In this document: positions 13,957 to 28,381 of the stretch, in pieces
Numbering within the stretch: the first letter of the stretch is position 1
How the letters are laid out: each line of letters opens with the position of its first letter
Source: Tricharina praecox
Taxonomy: Eukaryota
DNA: 64,000 nt
Assembly: GCF_024521635.1 (NCBI RefSeq)
Contig: NW_026250417.1
Coordinates: forward strand, 434,001 to 498,000
Direction of reading: 5' to 3'
The notes under the pieces: generated by a model
Seen by the model: the letters and a program-made list of their open reading frames with translations, nothing else
Told to the model about the DNA's origin: nothing
The model's database searches: none
Made by a program: the position numbers and the translations under genes

Positions 13957-14047
13957 TCCTCCGCAACCGCACCTAGAGCTTCCGCGAGAGGGCGAGCTTA
14001 CCACCGGCGTAGTCGCCCGACCAGAACGAGTCTGCGAATCCGGGCAT
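10923..14047 (-). CDS. RGD2: F-BAR/DEP/RhoGAP protein (Rgd2/Rga8-like), 8 exons
   Basis: Starts MPGFADSFWSGDYAG (FCH start). DEP motif AERVGQDLVGHGFLRLVG. RhoGAP motifs FGVDLE and VASVLKLYLLELP. Seven GT-AG introns keep the frame. Confidence 0.9.
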
Positions 14048-17000
14048 GGCGCACTAGGTAGACGAGAAGACTGGAGGTGGTGATGTTGCGGGAGTGGTTG
14101 ATAGCGAGGTTATTATTCCGGGTGGTGAGGGGGTTGTATGTATCGGATCGTTCGTTGATGAGTGCCGGTAGTAGATGTCTTGGGGGGGAGGTTGATGGGT
14201 GGGAGGGGGTGATGGGCGTGTCTGTTCGTTATACGTGACAGAAGCGGAGTTGTATAGCAGAGTATGTAAGACGCAGGAGGTGGAAAAAAAAGGTGGTAAG
14301 CAGGCGTCAGGGAAGGGTGTGCGCTCAGTTGTGTTGTTTCTTTTTTGAATGGGAAAAGGGTTGTCTGGGGGATGGCACTGGGGGGGGGGAGGGGGGAGGG
14401 GGGAGGGGGGGAGGTTGACCGGCCGGGAAATGAGTGGACACTCGAGGAAGCGGTTGTTCTTCACTGCTGTCTGGGATAGACAGGGCAGCCTGCAGCCTGG
14501 CTCCTGCTTTTCAGCCTCACCTCCCACCCCATGCAAGCCAAAGACAAGAAAGAAAAGCCGCTCCAGGAGAACCAGCATCGCAGAATGGATTTCGTTCCGA
14601 GTCCGGATACGAGACGAGACGACGGACGCCAGTCGCATGGCCGCGCACGGCCGCGTACGGCTAGCTGGTATGTAAACTCACAGTCAACTGGCTGCAGCTT
14701 TCGGTGCACCGGTGTTCTCCTGCTGCGGCCGTATGGAGTGCTGATTATGACTTGGACACCGAGTCGGAGCGGATTAGAGTAGATACATTAACTAATAGCA
14801 ATCGCTCGTCTAAATCGACATCCTCACGTAAATACTTCCTCACTACATACGGTCCATCAAGCCCGAATCTACATAGAGAGGGGTTTGCGGTAACTCTGTC
14901 TGCACACCGCAAGCGAGGTCCATAGGCGCCACGGTTAGCCCGCCATTCACCGGCGAGTATCTACATATGTCCAGCTGCAGTTGCCCCATGGCCATGCCCA
15001 CGGTCAGCGTCCGCAAGCTGGCCCACCCGAGGGCCGGGTAGTTTGCGTGTGAAGTTTTGGATCTCCTAGCGGTTCGCAAGTTGTGCTCTAGTTTACACAG
15101 CTATCTTTAGGCGTTGTGGCGGTAGTGGAGGAGGAATCGAAATTCAAACATCTGGCCCTTCTTCTTCTTCCTTCTTCCAATCACGAAGATTATCATGCGT
15201 CTGTAGCCACTATATAGCACTCTACTGCAACGCCGCACGCCGGAGTCAAACTTCCACAGTCCTTTTTGTATGCAACCAGAGGTTTGCTTGCAGCTCGCAC
15301 GTTACTCTAGGCAACAGGGTTTGTCCGCCGTACTCTACCGTAGTTAGCGGAGCGTAATCGTTTCGCTCGCATGTGAGCACTGCCTCAACAATCTGTATGT
15401 ATCCCTTTCTGACGCTTTCTCGACGCTTTCAGGCCTCCGCCGACGACGACAATGATGGTTAGATAATATGCTTGGCAATAATTCTCCGCCGAGTTCCATT
15501 CCATGATTTCATACGCCTTCGCCTCCTCTCTCTTTCTCCGTTGACCATTCCCCGTCCCCCGGGCACCGTCGCGTCCAACGGCAGCCATCGGAAGCGACGC
15601 GCGTCGACGGCATTAACTTAACTAGCAGTTTTTCTCATTTCTCATTTCTGCCCCCTTGACCGGTCCGGCACGGCGGCACTATATGTAGTATGTATAAACA
15701 TGCACGCCCGCCGCGGCGCCGCCCGGTTGGCTCAGAGAGTCAGAACACTTCCGGGGGGCTTCCGGGGGGTTTCCGGGCGTGGCTTGGCGGGAGCATGCAT
15801 CTCGTATATGCAAATCCATAGTAGTATGTAAGTGGCTGCGGGTAAGATCGAGTGAGAACAACGAGTTACATGGGAAATATGGGTGGTGTTTTCGCTCCGT
15901 TGCGGACCTGTGGTTCCGATGGTTGGTTACAAGTTACAACTTACTGCCGTGGCGCAGAATTACGGTATCGCAGCCCTGGTGGCTTATCCCACATCCCACG
16001 TCCCACAACCCACACCCAGCAGCCCAGCGGCACCACCAAGGTCCCAGACTCCCAGACTCCCAAAGCCCTGGCTCCATGCGCCATGCGCCGTGCGCCTTAC
16101 AGCCGCGTACTTTTGTTACAGGGCCGGGCGAGTCGCGACGCCAGCTGCCGGCAAGCCACTCAAGCCATTCACTCCGCATGCAAGCCTCAAGGAAGAGCTG
16201 CCCTTACTTAAGCCCGCACGTACCGTACCTGCATAACTCCGGTCGGGCGTCGATATCAGTGTTCAGTGTTCAGTGTTCACGATCACGTAAAAATAGACAG
16301 AGTATGAAGTATCCAAACTTTGTTTCCCGAGCAACACAGTTTCGGTTTCGTTTCACCGTTTCAACGGGCGATACCGGTGAGTACATCGGTGCTTGACGTG
16401 AGCGTGGGCGTGGGCGTGGCATTCTCGCGGTGCATGGGGGGGGGATGATTTGAACTTTGAATCCCCGAAATCCTTATGGAGTCTGAACCCCGCATGATGT
16501 CTCGATCACCACTGCGCCGTTCTACTAGTATAGGTACATACATATAATCGTGGTTTGCAGTGACGATCTTGCGATCAACCCTACGTGCGTAGAGTACGTA
16601 CATACGATCGTCGACTTGTCGTCTCCAGATGGGACTCGTCTCTCTCTACCATCGTACACCAGCATCCATCGTACACCAGCATCCATCGCCCACCGACACT
16701 CAACCATCGCAGCGACAGCATCTCCAGCGGAACTGTACGCACCCCAGGCACTCAGCCCGCTCACCCTGCTCATCCCACACTGGGGGTCTGGGGGAATATC
16801 CATAATCAAGCAGTCAAAAGCCCCGTAAAATTATCCAAACTCCAAACCCCATGGCGTGTGTCAACGGGAGATGTGCAACAGGGGTGGTGCGCCTTTGTAA
16901 CTTATGGGCGTTAGGTTAAGCGAGACTTGGCAGGGCGGAGATGGACGTGCCACCAACTAACTTTATGTAGTTATGCCTGGTGTCCAAGTCCAATCATCAC

Positions 17001-19144
17001 GGGCGACGTAATACCTTGCGGCTATATATGTGTATGCCGAAACGAATCGTAAACCTGTCGTCGCTATGGGGGGAAGGGGAAGGGGAAGTGGATGGGGATG
17101 GAGGTGGGGATGGGGTGGTAGCGAGAGAAGAGCGAGAGGAGAATGATGTGGGGTAGGGCAGCGGGTGGGGAAAGGGCAGCGGATGGAGGGGAGGGGGAGG
17201 GGGCGTTTAACTATCGCCCGCCGGCGTCTCGTCGTGACGGTGACACCACAAGGTGAGCTCCCCAAACACTGTGGCGCACGACAGAGAGGATCGCATAATT
17301 GGCTTGCACGGCCAAGAGGGAAGGGGGTTGGAAGAGGACTAAGACTAAGGCTGCGGGTGGGAGAGGATGCCAGCGTTCGGGGTGGGGAGGAGCAGGAGGA
17401 GACGTATGAAGGCGTTGACGGCGAACGAGGATATATATCGGATGCTGAGACAGTCACAAGTTATTATGACGATCTCGTAGGAAACGTTTGAGAGGGAAAG
17501 TCAGCCAGCCATTCGGAAGTCTTTCGGCGGTGGGGAGATGTACTGGTATGGATGAGCTCCTTGGAGTCGTTGGATGGGCTCAGTGCAGAACAACTTCCTG
17601 GATAGGATTATTAGGATCGTCCCCCGCAGATGCGCGTCTGTGAGGGATAGCTACATACCCGCACAACAATTTATGCTGCATGCTGAAATCCTGATATGCA
17701 CCTAAAAGCAATGGCTTTATGCCATCGGATCACGGTACACCACTCGGGATATGAGAGCCCGCGAAGAAGATTCAAGAGCTCGAAAAGTTCTATGGTTCGA
17801 CGTGGGCAGGAAACTATTAGCTCTGCTTGGGCCCATGTGTAGGTAAGAGGCGACAATGTTAATCACAACGGTTTTCTGATACGGAGAGTGGACACAGTGG
17901 CGGGTGATATAGGTAGATGGAGTGATTCGACGTGCTCTTCCATCCCGACAGCCCGACCTACCTACTCATGCCGTCGAGATCTATTAGGTAGCGCAGTTTG
18001 CGAACAGATAGGATGAGGGTGGCTCAGCGTGTGCTGGTCACAAATGTACAAAACATGCATATGGTCCATCAATATCCGCCTGATTCTGAAGAACCTATTC
18101 GAACTTCGAGAGCGACCTTCTCACCGACGTTGGCCAAACATAGCAATGATTCTAAGAGAGACTAGGGCACCGCTCATCTCCAGCGGCCGCTCTTGTTCTC
18201 TGGTCCGGCGGCGATCAGCATCGCCTGGACGTTGGTATGGTTACGGTGGTCACGGCGGTCCTGGAGAAACAGGGGCCTAAAGCTCACCGATAGATGCTCC
18301 CCTTTTTTACACTTCTGGCCAGCACACCCTTCTTATCAATTCCAAGCCACGCTGCCCAATAGATCTTAGCGACATGAATACCCGTTCACCTCGGAGACGT
18401 GCTTCTGCTCGTTCCAAGACGCTTCAAATAGGACTACTAGTAGGTGGCAAGAGATTACAACACCGTCCGTAGGTATAGGTACACGTACCCGCCTGGTAAA
18501 TCTCCAAGTCAACGCGGCTCAGTGTAGCAGTGGAAGAGTGGAGCCGTAGGAAAGAAAGCAAGCGGATAATCAGGGTATAGTGTGACTTCATGGGGGTTCA
18601 GAAGTTATCGTTTATTTTGAACATCATATGGCAGCAGGGTTGTGGATGGGAAGTGGAGAAAGGACTTACTTCGGTTGTTCGCACGCCCTCCGGCAGCGAG
18701 ATGGTGGAGCGAAGTGAACTGAAATGGACGGAGTGAGACGCAGAGATGAAGGCAGGCTTTATATGCCCCACTCTCGAACTTTATTTTATTCTGAGCACTA
18801 ATCATGGAGCCAATCCGGAGTTATGCCGGTGGTTGTACATAGAAGTCGAAGAAGCACAGCAGACGATGAGCAGCCTCCCAAAAACATCATAGCTCACCTC
18901 GGATCCTCATTCTATGTGCGGTATGTGGCGCGGTTGTCGTACTTGACGTGTGATGTAGGTACGAACCCAGCCAGCCAACCAGAGGCCGGCTTGGCGCTGC
19001 CGCTCTTCGGGACCAGCCACAACCCCTCAATTGCCCCACCCTCAGTTTCGCGTGCCCGTACACCTCGTCTCCTACCAACACCAGCCCACCGATACTCCCC
19101 AACACCTCTCTCAAATCGTGATCAGCATACCAAACCCCGTCAAA

Positions 19145-19854
19145 ATGGACAGTGAGTTTTGTTTCCCGGCGGAGGAAGGAGGGAAGGAAGGTCTATGCCG
19201 GTTGCTGATGATTATGCGTGTGTGGCAGCCGTCGCCAGTATTGCTCGTATGTTTTTCGGCTTCAAGGACTGGATGAGGAGGAAAGGGGGTATCTGACAGA
19301 GTGGATAGAGCAATTCACCGACTACTACTACTCCACCTTCGACACGGACCGCGCGGCGCTCGCCCCTCTCTATGTATGAACGCCGTACCATCCGGCTCAC
19401 TAGCCAGCAGGGAGGAGGAACGAGGCTGATGGGGGGTTGAACATAGGCCGAGGAGTCGATGCTCACCTTTGAGACCAACCAGGTCCAAGGTGTCACTGCG
19501 ATTGTCGAGAAGTTGATGGTAAGTTCGGTAGTCCGCGGAGCGATTTACTAGTAGTTGACACACGATCTCGTTCAGAGCCTGCCTTTCCAGAAGGTGAAAC
19601 ACCAAGTCGCCACTCTCGATGCTCAGCCCGCCGGTCCCGACGGTAGCCTTCTCGTCATGGTTACTGGCAAGCTGCTGGTATGACCTCTTTCCCTCTCCCT
19701 CCTCCCGTTGTGGGTGCAGATCGCTAAAACCGTTTCACACCTACAGCTCGACGAGGAACAGAACCCCCAGAACTACTGCCAGTCCTTCCACCTGATCTCC
19801 AGGGCGGGTAGCTACTACGTTCGCAACGACGTCTTCCGTTTGGTGTACGGTTAG
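19145..19854 (+). CDS. NTF2: Nuclear transport factor 2, 6 exons (first two are 7 and 18 nt coding)
   Basis: Spliced translation: MDTVASIAQQFTDYYYSTFDTDRAALAPLY-AEESMLTFE...SLPFQKVKHQVATLDAQP...YYVRNDVFRLVYG. Missed by the ORF track because of 5 introns. Confidence 0.95.
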
Positions 19855-20226
19855 ATATGGATGCGAAGCTGCTTGTTTCCTTTGGGTGGATGAAGAGGGA
19901 GGGGGACCTTTAATGGGGGGCATCACTCAGTTACCATCTTGTTTTTTTGTTTCCTCTGTGGCATCTGTGGTTCGTTCTTGAGAATTGTGACTATTTCTAC
20001 CTCCATCGGATCCGAGGCTCTCGAGTGACCGTGAGTAAACTCGAAAGTAGCCGCCGCAACTTTTCTATGTATCATCGAAGTCACATCCCCCAGCACCCCG
20101 GGTAACCCTCCTTAACCCTTCCCCTCCCCCGCCCGCCCGTCACGTCCCCCAACCCACCCTCAATCCCACCTTGACTCCGACGACCTCACCGGGGCCGCAC
20201 TCCAACGACGACGCAACACCACCACG

Positions 20227-20993
20227 ATGTCGCAGACCAACGCGCCCAACCAAACGCTGTACGTGCGCAACCTCAACGACAAGATCAACAAGCAAGACCT
20301 TCGGCTATCGCTGTACACGCTGTTCACAACGTACGGGGTAGTAATCGACGTGGTCGCCTCAAAGACCGCACAGAACCGCGGACAGGCGTTCATCGCGTTC
20401 CGAGATGTCCCCTCCGCTACTCAGGCGATGCGCGCCCTGGAGGGGTTTAATGTCTTCGGGAGGGAGATGGTTTGTCCCCCCCCCCCCCCCTTCCCCACCC
20501 CCGACAGCCAGGCACGAGCACGGGCTGATGGACCTACGCACACAGAAAATTGCCTACGCGAAAACGAAATCCCACAAGATTGCGAAGTACGACGGCACCT
20601 TCCGGATGCCGGGGACGGCTGCGGCGGCGGCTGCGGCGGCGGGCATAGACGGCGCGGACGGGAAGCCGTTCGTGCCACTGCCTGGATCTGCTCCTACGGC
20701 TGGTGCTGGTGCTGGTGGTGCGACCGTGGCGGCTGGGGGTGCGGCAGCGAGCCCCGCCGCGGACGCGGTCACCGGACAGAAGAGGCTGAGGGAGGAGGAT
20801 AGTGGTATGTTCTCGATTGACTCCCCGATGGATGGGATGGGTGGATGGTGGGGTGATGGTGGGGTGGATGGGGAGAGAGAGAGGGGGGGGGGGTGATGGG
20901 ACGGGTGATTGGAGTGACGGCTAACTGACAATGCAATACACAGATGATGGAGAAGAAGCCGAGATGGAGATGGAGGATGATGACGATGACTGA
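20227..20993 (+). CDS. MSL1: U2 snRNP B''/U1A-family single-RRM protein, 3 exons
   Basis: PNQTLYVRNLNDKINKQDLRLSLYTLFTTYG...RGQAFIAF...KIAYAKTKS. One RRM plus an acidic tail favours U2B'' over the two-RRM U1A. Confidence 0.85.
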
Positions 20994-21538
20994 TTGCATA
21001 TCTATCTATCCCAATCTACCCTCAAATCTACCGAAGGCCGATGGGAATTGGGTGGGTGGGCCGGGAGAGGGTGGATGGCAGACAGACAGACAGACAGACA
21101 GTACAGTGTGGAACTTACGACGACGGCTACTACATATCATACATAACTCTCGGGTAATTTCTATTCTTTCTTTGCATTTGGTTTTTTTATTGGTTCTGCG
21201 ACGGCAATTAAAAACTGGGCTGAGATTTTGAAATGGGGAGACACTTCTGAAGATGATGAAGATGAGATTGTATAGTATCATAGCGTTGCGTGTCCGTGTG
21301 CGAAGTGAATACTATTCCGTTGCCATATGATGAGGATGAGGGTGATGAGTGGATTGAATTGATGAGTTTTGGGCAGTCAATTGCATGCAATGATGATGAT
21401 TATGATGATGGTGGCGATATAGGTATTCCATGCTAGCAACAAGAACAAACTCCTCCTTCGAACAATCGCTATAAAAACAAGAACCATCTTCCACAGGAAA
21501 ATCACACTTCCTTTCCCCATCCCTCATCCCCACCTCCT

Positions 21539-22790
21539 CTACTCGTCAGTAGTGGCCTTAAAGTGCCACTTCTCAGTGCCCTCTTTGAACGGCACACCGA
21601 GCTCAAACAGCTTCTCAATGACTGCGGCAAAGTCCTTAAAGAACTCATCCTGGGACTTGGCGTAGCGCTCTACATGCTTCCGGAAGACCTTGTCCTGGAT
21701 GAGTGCGATATCGGCGGGCAGCATCATCAAGGACTTGGAGCCCTTATCCTCATACTGCTTGGGGCCGTTCCACTTGCGCCAGTTCCACTTCTCGTTCAGC
21801 AGCAGCTGGTAGAAGTCGTTCGTCAACATCGTCGGCGAGAAGGTCCACGGCCCATCGTAGCCACTGCGGTCCTTGTGGCACCGCCCCAAAGCGTGTGCCC
21901 CCGCGAGTGCTACGATCTCTTGGTCGTTGAAGCCCATGCGGTAGAAGATGTTGCGGAGGTGGTCCTGCGTCTTCGAGGCGTCGGGAAGACGTCCATCTGC
22001 GCAGCAATCTTCAGCCCCCATCCATCCATTTTCACCACACCACAACCATCCATCCATCCAGAGTGGGTATACTAACCAGGCGTGCAAGCAGCCACGTCCT
22101 TATCCGAGCGTCCGGGGCGGTATGCAATCTTGGGACCTCCCATCTCCTGCAACGAGCAGACGGCAGCAAGGATCCACAGGTCCGAGTACGAGATCCACGG
22201 GTGCTTCTGCTTGACGGGCTCGAGGCGGTCGCGCGCCACCTTCAGTCCCGCGTTCGCGCCGTGGTCGCTCTCTGGCGCGAACCGCATCGTTGCTCCGTCC
22301 GAGCCGCCGGTCTTCGTTTCTACGTCGTAGGTGCCCGAGGCGTGCCAGCCGAGGCGGACGAGGACCTGGGTATCGGACACTTGCGTTAGCTTGGGCTCGG
22401 GTGGCAATGACGAGGGGGGATGGGGGATGGGGGATGGGGGTGGCATACAGGTCCGAAGGATCCATCATCGTAGTCATTGTCCTCCAACAGCTCGGCGATG
22501 TCATTGTACACCTTCTGGTAGTCCTCCTTTGTAGGCTTCAGAATGGTGGGGGTAGCCTGCTTATTGTTGAGCGGTCCCAGCTGTCCATTGCTGTAGAGGT
22601 AGTAACCGCCACCGGCGGCGGCAGCGGCGGCCGCCAGACCAGCAAACAGTCCTGTCGACGATCCGCCGGCGGAGCCAGAGGCGTTGGCGTAGCTCCGACG
22701 AGCACCCTGGCGGATGGGAGAGGCCAGGAGCTGTGGCCGGGCAGCGGCGCGGGCAGTGCTGCGGAAGAGTGTTCGTGCTACGGATGCCAT
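21539..22790 (-). CDS. CCP1: Mitochondrial cytochrome c peroxidase, 3 exons
   Basis: Presequence, [40 protein letters not shown]. Confidence 0.95.
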
Positions 22791-23821
22791 GGTGATGTGA
22801 TGTGGTGATATGGGTGGGGGATATGGAGATAGGAAGGAATGGCTGCTGGCCGGGGGATATTGGCACCTATATATACGGGTACAAACTACGGTACATACAC
22901 CCCACCCGTCCCTTCCCTCCCTTTCCCCCCACTCCCTGTCCTGGCCTGTCCTGTCCCCACCATCCGATAGATGGTCGAGTCGGAAGCTGTCCGGAGAGGA
23001 ATTACTCAGCTGTGAACGCTAGCCCTGCAGCTAGGGTTCCCCAGCTTCGGCACGTTTCATGGAAGCTTCCTCGTCCTCGTCGTGGTCCCCGTCCCTCCTC
23101 CATCTCCTCCAAAACTCAGCTTCAGATCCATTGAACTCAAGAATCACCTGTTTACGGCTGCTGCGAACACCCGCACACCCCCTGACCGACTGATTGACTG
23201 ATTGATTGATTGATTGATTGATGGATCAAAACGAAACACGAACCAACAGATCATATCAATGGTCCCATATCATAAGTAGAGTAGCGATCGATGCTCGACC
23301 ACTTCGGTAAGGCACGGCCACACCCCGCAAGGCAAAGCTCAGACCAGTACCGTACTCTAGGTAACTCGGTTTATAAGTGCAGCGATCCAGACCCCCCCTT
23401 CCTTCGCCGAAGGCGCAAAGCCGAGGTCAAGCGAGACCAGCCAGACCAGCGAGACCAGCGAGACCAGCAAGCATCCCGTATCTAGGCTGTGTCATCCACC
23501 AAACATACAAGCTCCATAATTGAACGGAACGAAAGAAGATAGAAGAAAATTCTTGTGATTTTTTCACGATCGCTGACTGGAGGTGACGCAGCCAGGGTGG
23601 AAAAAAACGGCAGAAAAAAAGGGTCCAGTCAGTTTCCCGTTCGAAACGGTTTATTATGCTCACTTAATCAACCGCGTCGATCACCGTCCTGGACGGTGAC
23701 CCTCCGCCCCTCCGCGCCAAGCCAATCGCACGCACGCATCCCGCGATCGGATCGATCGTTGCGTTGTGGTGGGGGTTTTGGAGAAAGTTTCAAGAACACT
23801 CACTCACAGCAGCAGCCCCCA

Positions 23822-24439
23822 ATGACCCGCCCCTCCCCCCCACTTCCACCACCATTACCACCACCACCACAAACACAATCAACACACCCGGAAGATGTCA
23901 ACAACAACAACTACTACACGCTCCTGCGCCTGCCGCTGCCACCGGCAGTGCTGCCCGCGGCGGCAATAAAGAAAGCTTACCACGCGGCGCTCCTGCGGCA
24001 CCACCCAGACAAGCACTCGCGCAGCGCCCCCTCCCCCACCCCCACCAGCACCAGCACCAGCAGTAGCACCAGTGCCCCACCCCCGAGCGTCGACCAGATC
24101 ACCACCGCCTACAAAACCCTCTCCTCGCCCGGCCTACGGCAGGAATACAACGCGACGCTCACGCTTTCCTTCACTTCCACTTCCGCTGCCAGAGCGGCGG
24201 GGAGCGAGGTCGTGCAAACGGTGGATCTAGACGAGTTTACGTACGAAGAGGAGGACGAGGATGGGGATGGGGGTGGCGGGAGGTATGTGAAATCGTGTCG
24301 GTGTGGCGAGGAGAAGGGGTTTGTTATCGAAGAGGTGGAGCTGGAGCAGGCGGCGGAGGAGGGCGGGAGGGAGGTCGTCGTGGGCTGTGTAGGCTGCAGT
24401 TTGTGGTGGAGAGTGGGGTTTGAGGTGCTGGATGAGTGA
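23822..24439 (+). CDS. DPH4: Diphthamide biosynthesis protein 4 (J domain + CSL zinc finger)
   Basis: IKKAYHAALLRHHPDK, VDLDEF, CRCG...CVGCSLW. Intronless. Confidence 0.9.
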   Translation: MTRPSPPLPPPLPPPPQTQSTHPEDVNNNNYYTLLRLPLPPAVLPAAAIKKAYHAALLRHHPDKHSRSAPSPTPTSTSTSSSTSAPPPSVDQITTAYKTLSSPGLRQEYNATLTLSFTSTSAARAAGSEVVQTVDLDEFTYEEEDEDGDGGGGRYVKSCRCGEEKGFVIEEVELEQAAEEGGREVVVGCVGCSLWWRVGFEVLDE

Positions 24440-24893
24440 AGGCGTGAAGACTACGGAGGGTAGAGGGCGGAGGGTAGAGGGTGGAGAGGCATAGACACGG
24501 CTCGGAGGACAGCAACGCAATGCGTCTAGTTTCCGGACCCAGCTCGGGCTCGACCGACGCCCTAGGACTGGCTCCGCTCTCACCCAGTTCGCGAAATCTA
24601 CAAGTGGTGATCGGCTTTTGGCATGTAGAACAGCCATCGGCGGTCACAGTTGGTTTTGGTAGTTGGAAACATGTAGTGTACTCTGTAGATCCCGGTTAGA
24701 TCTCGAGTATCTACCCGCCATCCTTGGAGTCAATGCAGGCGGCCGACCTGGACTCGGTAGTTGTGTTGTCTCAATACATACTATTCACAGCGAATAGGCC
24801 AAGAAGTCATAACCATGAAGGAACCACCCCCATCATTGCAATCACATTATCCCGGTATCCTACAGCCCCCTCTCGCCCATCCCATCGCACTGC

Positions 24894-25687
24894 CTATTCC
24901 TCACCCCTTCTCCTCTTAGTCCCTCCCGGACTCGGCGAGCGCGTGACGCTCCTCTTATCCCTTCCGCGCATCTTGAGCCACTTCTTCATACTGAGCTCGA
25001 GCTCGCGCTCAAGGTCCTTACTCGGCTCCTTGCGATGGATGAAATTGCAGAACCCGCCTCGCACACAGCCCTCGCCCGAGTTCAGGCGACAACACGCCTC
25101 GCGGAAATCCGTGACGGGACTGAGCTCGCAGTAAATCGGGCGCGCCGCGTACCATCGCGCATTCAGCGCATCGCACGCCGACTGCGCATCCTCCTCGTAT
25201 TTGAAACGCGCGTACACATTGCCGATGAGATCTACCCGTCCTCAGACCCGTTAGCACACCCTCCCCTCGCCCCCCGCGGAAAAAGTAAGACGTACGGTCG
25301 TTATTGTTATCACAGACGACGACCTCCTCGACCTCGCCGTACTTGCACATCTCGCAGAAGAAGTCCTCATAGAACGCGTCAAAGTGGTTCTGCAGCTGCG
25401 ACGGGTTCATCTTGTTCTTTGGGTCGAACGCTGGGTTCTGGTACAGGTTCGGCAGTAGTATCGTCTGCGAGTACGACGGCTTCACGTGTTTCCGGCTGCA
25501 CCGGTCGCCGTGCCGGCACGCACCGATCTTGTAGTAGAACGAGCCTACATAGGTGCCAGGGGGGGTTAGCCACGGTCACAGGAGGGATTGGAGGGAGGAA
25601 GGACGGAGTGGATGGTGACAGTAAAGGTGGCTTACAGTTGACTTTGTCTTGCTCTGTGCCGAAGATGGAGGCGAGGTAGTTGGCCAT
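24894..25687 (-). CDS. U2AF1: Splicing factor U2AF small subunit, 3 exons
   Basis: MANYLASIFGTEQDKVNC/SFYYKIGACRHGDRCSRKH...ELSPVTDFREACCR...CVRGGFCNFIH. Confidence 0.97.
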
Positions 25688-26001
25688 CGTGGGAGGAGAT
25701 TAGGATACCGCTCGTTCGTGGATCGCTGGGTTGGGTCAGGAGTAAAAGTTAAGGCGAAACGTGAGGTTGAAGTAAGGTGGCGGATGATTGTGGTGTCGTC
25801 TGTCCGAACAACAGTGCTGGTGGTGCTGGGAGTCGCGGCGTCGCTTCTCGCTTCTCGCGACTTCTGGAAATTTACCCGGCACACACGCTAGAAAGATGAC
25901 CAATTCGTCACTCGGATATCGCCGCTAAGCCGCAGTGCTGGGACTGTAAATTCCTGTCTATGTAGGTATGTAGAATAAATTATGTAATCTATCGACCACA
26001 T

Positions 26002-27872
26002 CTACGCTTTCCCTTTCCCTTTCCCCTTCCCGACCACCCGCCTCCTCTCCCAGATCTGCACATAGCTTTCGCTGGTAAACAACAGCTCCCGAGCGACTTC
26101 CTCAACAAACAAGTCCTGAATCTGCATCCACTCGCCTCTCGCCTTCTCGAGCAGCTGCACCTTGAAGACACTCCTCAGCTCGCCCTCCTTCTTCCCCGCC
26201 TCGACGACCGTCTCATGTGTGATATTCGCGATCAGATCATACAGCACCGGCTCACCACCGGGATGTCCCTCCGACGGCTCGATGTACGGACTCATATCTA
26301 GTGCGCGGGGCGAGAACGTCACAATCGTAGGATTCCGCTCCTCGACAAACTTGTTCTTTGCGAAGCGCTTGACGTGGAAAATCAGGTACGGAGGCATTGG
26401 GTGGAGTAGTCTGTATCGTCGTCGCTGTCCGAGCAGCTCCTGCGAGTGTAGCCCGTCGTATTTGCTCAAGATCGTGGTGAGCGGTACTTGTGGGATGATG
26501 TTTTTGTCTTGCTCGTCCTTGAAGATGGGTTTCGGTGGGAGGTCGAGCGTTAGCATTAGGAAGCGCGCAATGTCCGTTTTGATCTCGCCGGCTTCTTCGA
26601 AGCGGAGGCGGTCAGAGGCATCGGCCTTGGCGGTGATCGCTTGCGATTCCATCTTCAGCTTGCCTTGAAACACCTTTTGGATGATGGAGGACCCGGGCCT
26701 CGTCTTGGATCCGCCGAGTGAGAGGTGGAGGTTGTTGAGGAACCAGTGGAGGAAGTCGACTGGGTCGGATTGAGAGAGAAGCGTGAACTTCTTGGATGAG
26801 CGCAGGGAGATCTCTTGTAGCAGTTCGTGCGGCGAGACATGAGATTTGAAGGCGCGGGGATTCCAGATCTTGCGGACGAGAGTGGAGAAACGTTGTGCTG
26901 CATGCCATTAGCATTTACCGTGAGCACAGGACCAGAAGGAGACCAACCGAGCTCAGGCTTGAAAGTGAGATCCTCAAGCATGAGGAAATTCCGTAGTGGT
27001 GGAACATGAGCCAGCGCATGTGCGACAACATTAAGGTAGTCGTTCTGCTTGATATTATTGAGACCGACAAAACCTACCACGAATCAGCCGCACTTCATTC
27101 CCACTGTCACCCCCATTCCAACCTCTAGAGGTATCTTACCGGGTATATATTTCTTCTTCCCCAGATCCCACTTCGTCGCCACCTCTGTATCCAACTTCTT
27201 TACATCGTCCCTCGAGTACGTAGGATTAACTACATACTTGATGTCGTCTAGCGTCTTGTTCATCACCTCGTAGCTCTCGGGTAGGACATACACTCTGAGA
27301 CTGGCCATGTTTATGAAAACGTGGTGGTCCTGGTCGAGCGAGTGAGTGTATGCGTAGCTGCTGCGGCCGCGGCCCTGGAAGTATTTGCCGCAGACGAGAC
27401 ACGCGTAGACATTAATGTTCGAGAGCGATACCGAGCAGAGTTTCTCAAAATCTAAGACAGACACATCAGCATTGATACGGCCGCGGAAAAAAACTGCCTG
27501 GTTGGTGGTAGTTGTTGTCGTACCGAAATCTAGCAGTTTCCTAGGTACTCGCATCCCAAAGGTCAGCAACGAGCACGAAGATTTCCTCCCTCCGGATGGA
27601 TAAGCGCTCCCCCACCTATCAATCGTGTCGAGATACAGATCTGAGAATCCCTCCGCAGGCCCCTGGTGTGAATCCTCCACGAAAGCAGCATACGCGCTAT
27701 CCTCCCCCTCCTCGTCCGTATCCTCGTGCTCCTCCGCCGGCGGTGGAGGTGGTGGAGGTGGTGGATAGCTCTCGTCGTCGGTGTCATCAACGCGGGCTCG
27801 CTTGGGAGTAAGCGGTTGCTCCTGTTGTTCCTCAAGAGTTCCGAGCGGTTCGTCGGCTGGTCGTTTGGACAT
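26002..27872 (-). CDS. SAD1: Tri-snRNP factor Sad1/USP39, 5 exons including a 17-nt micro-exon
   Basis: DLYLDTIDR/KLLDF/DFEKLCSVSLSNINVYACLVCGKYFQGRG, GFVGLNNIKQNDY, ERNPTIVTF, SESYVQIWER. Confidence 0.95.
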
Positions 27873-28381
27873 GATGGGTGTCTGGATGGTGGGTAAACGC
27901 GTTTGATGCGAGTGAGGTCAGAATAGTGCTGCGAACCCGCACATGAGGTACTCGCCCCCACATATGGTTAGCGCGATTGGGTTTCTACTCTAGCTGCTAG
28001 CATACTTCTGGGAAACTCAATATTCTTTTACAGAAATACTTTAATTCTGCATTTCACTAGCAAACCCACAGCGCCGCACATCACAGCATTTTTGGGACAT
28101 CTTCACGATTACGGGTACAAGCAACACAATGAATTCCCCTTGTTTACGCACACAACGATAGGCACAACATCAAAGAAGAAAAAGGGACCAGAAAAGGGGC
28201 GGGGAGCATGTGTATTTTGAGAAGAAACTGTGGTGATGAGAAGGCGGGGTGAATGATGATTGCGGAACAGGGATAGAAACACATTACTAGGAAACAAAGA
28301 ACTACAGGTACAAGGGAAGGCGGCACCCGGGCCAGGCCAACTAGGTGAAGGGCTAGCTTACATAGACGGAAATTCTTTTCT

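Noticed and set aside
17165..17605. Protein-like ORF with a stop at 17491
   Set aside because: No recognisable family and no consistent exon model.
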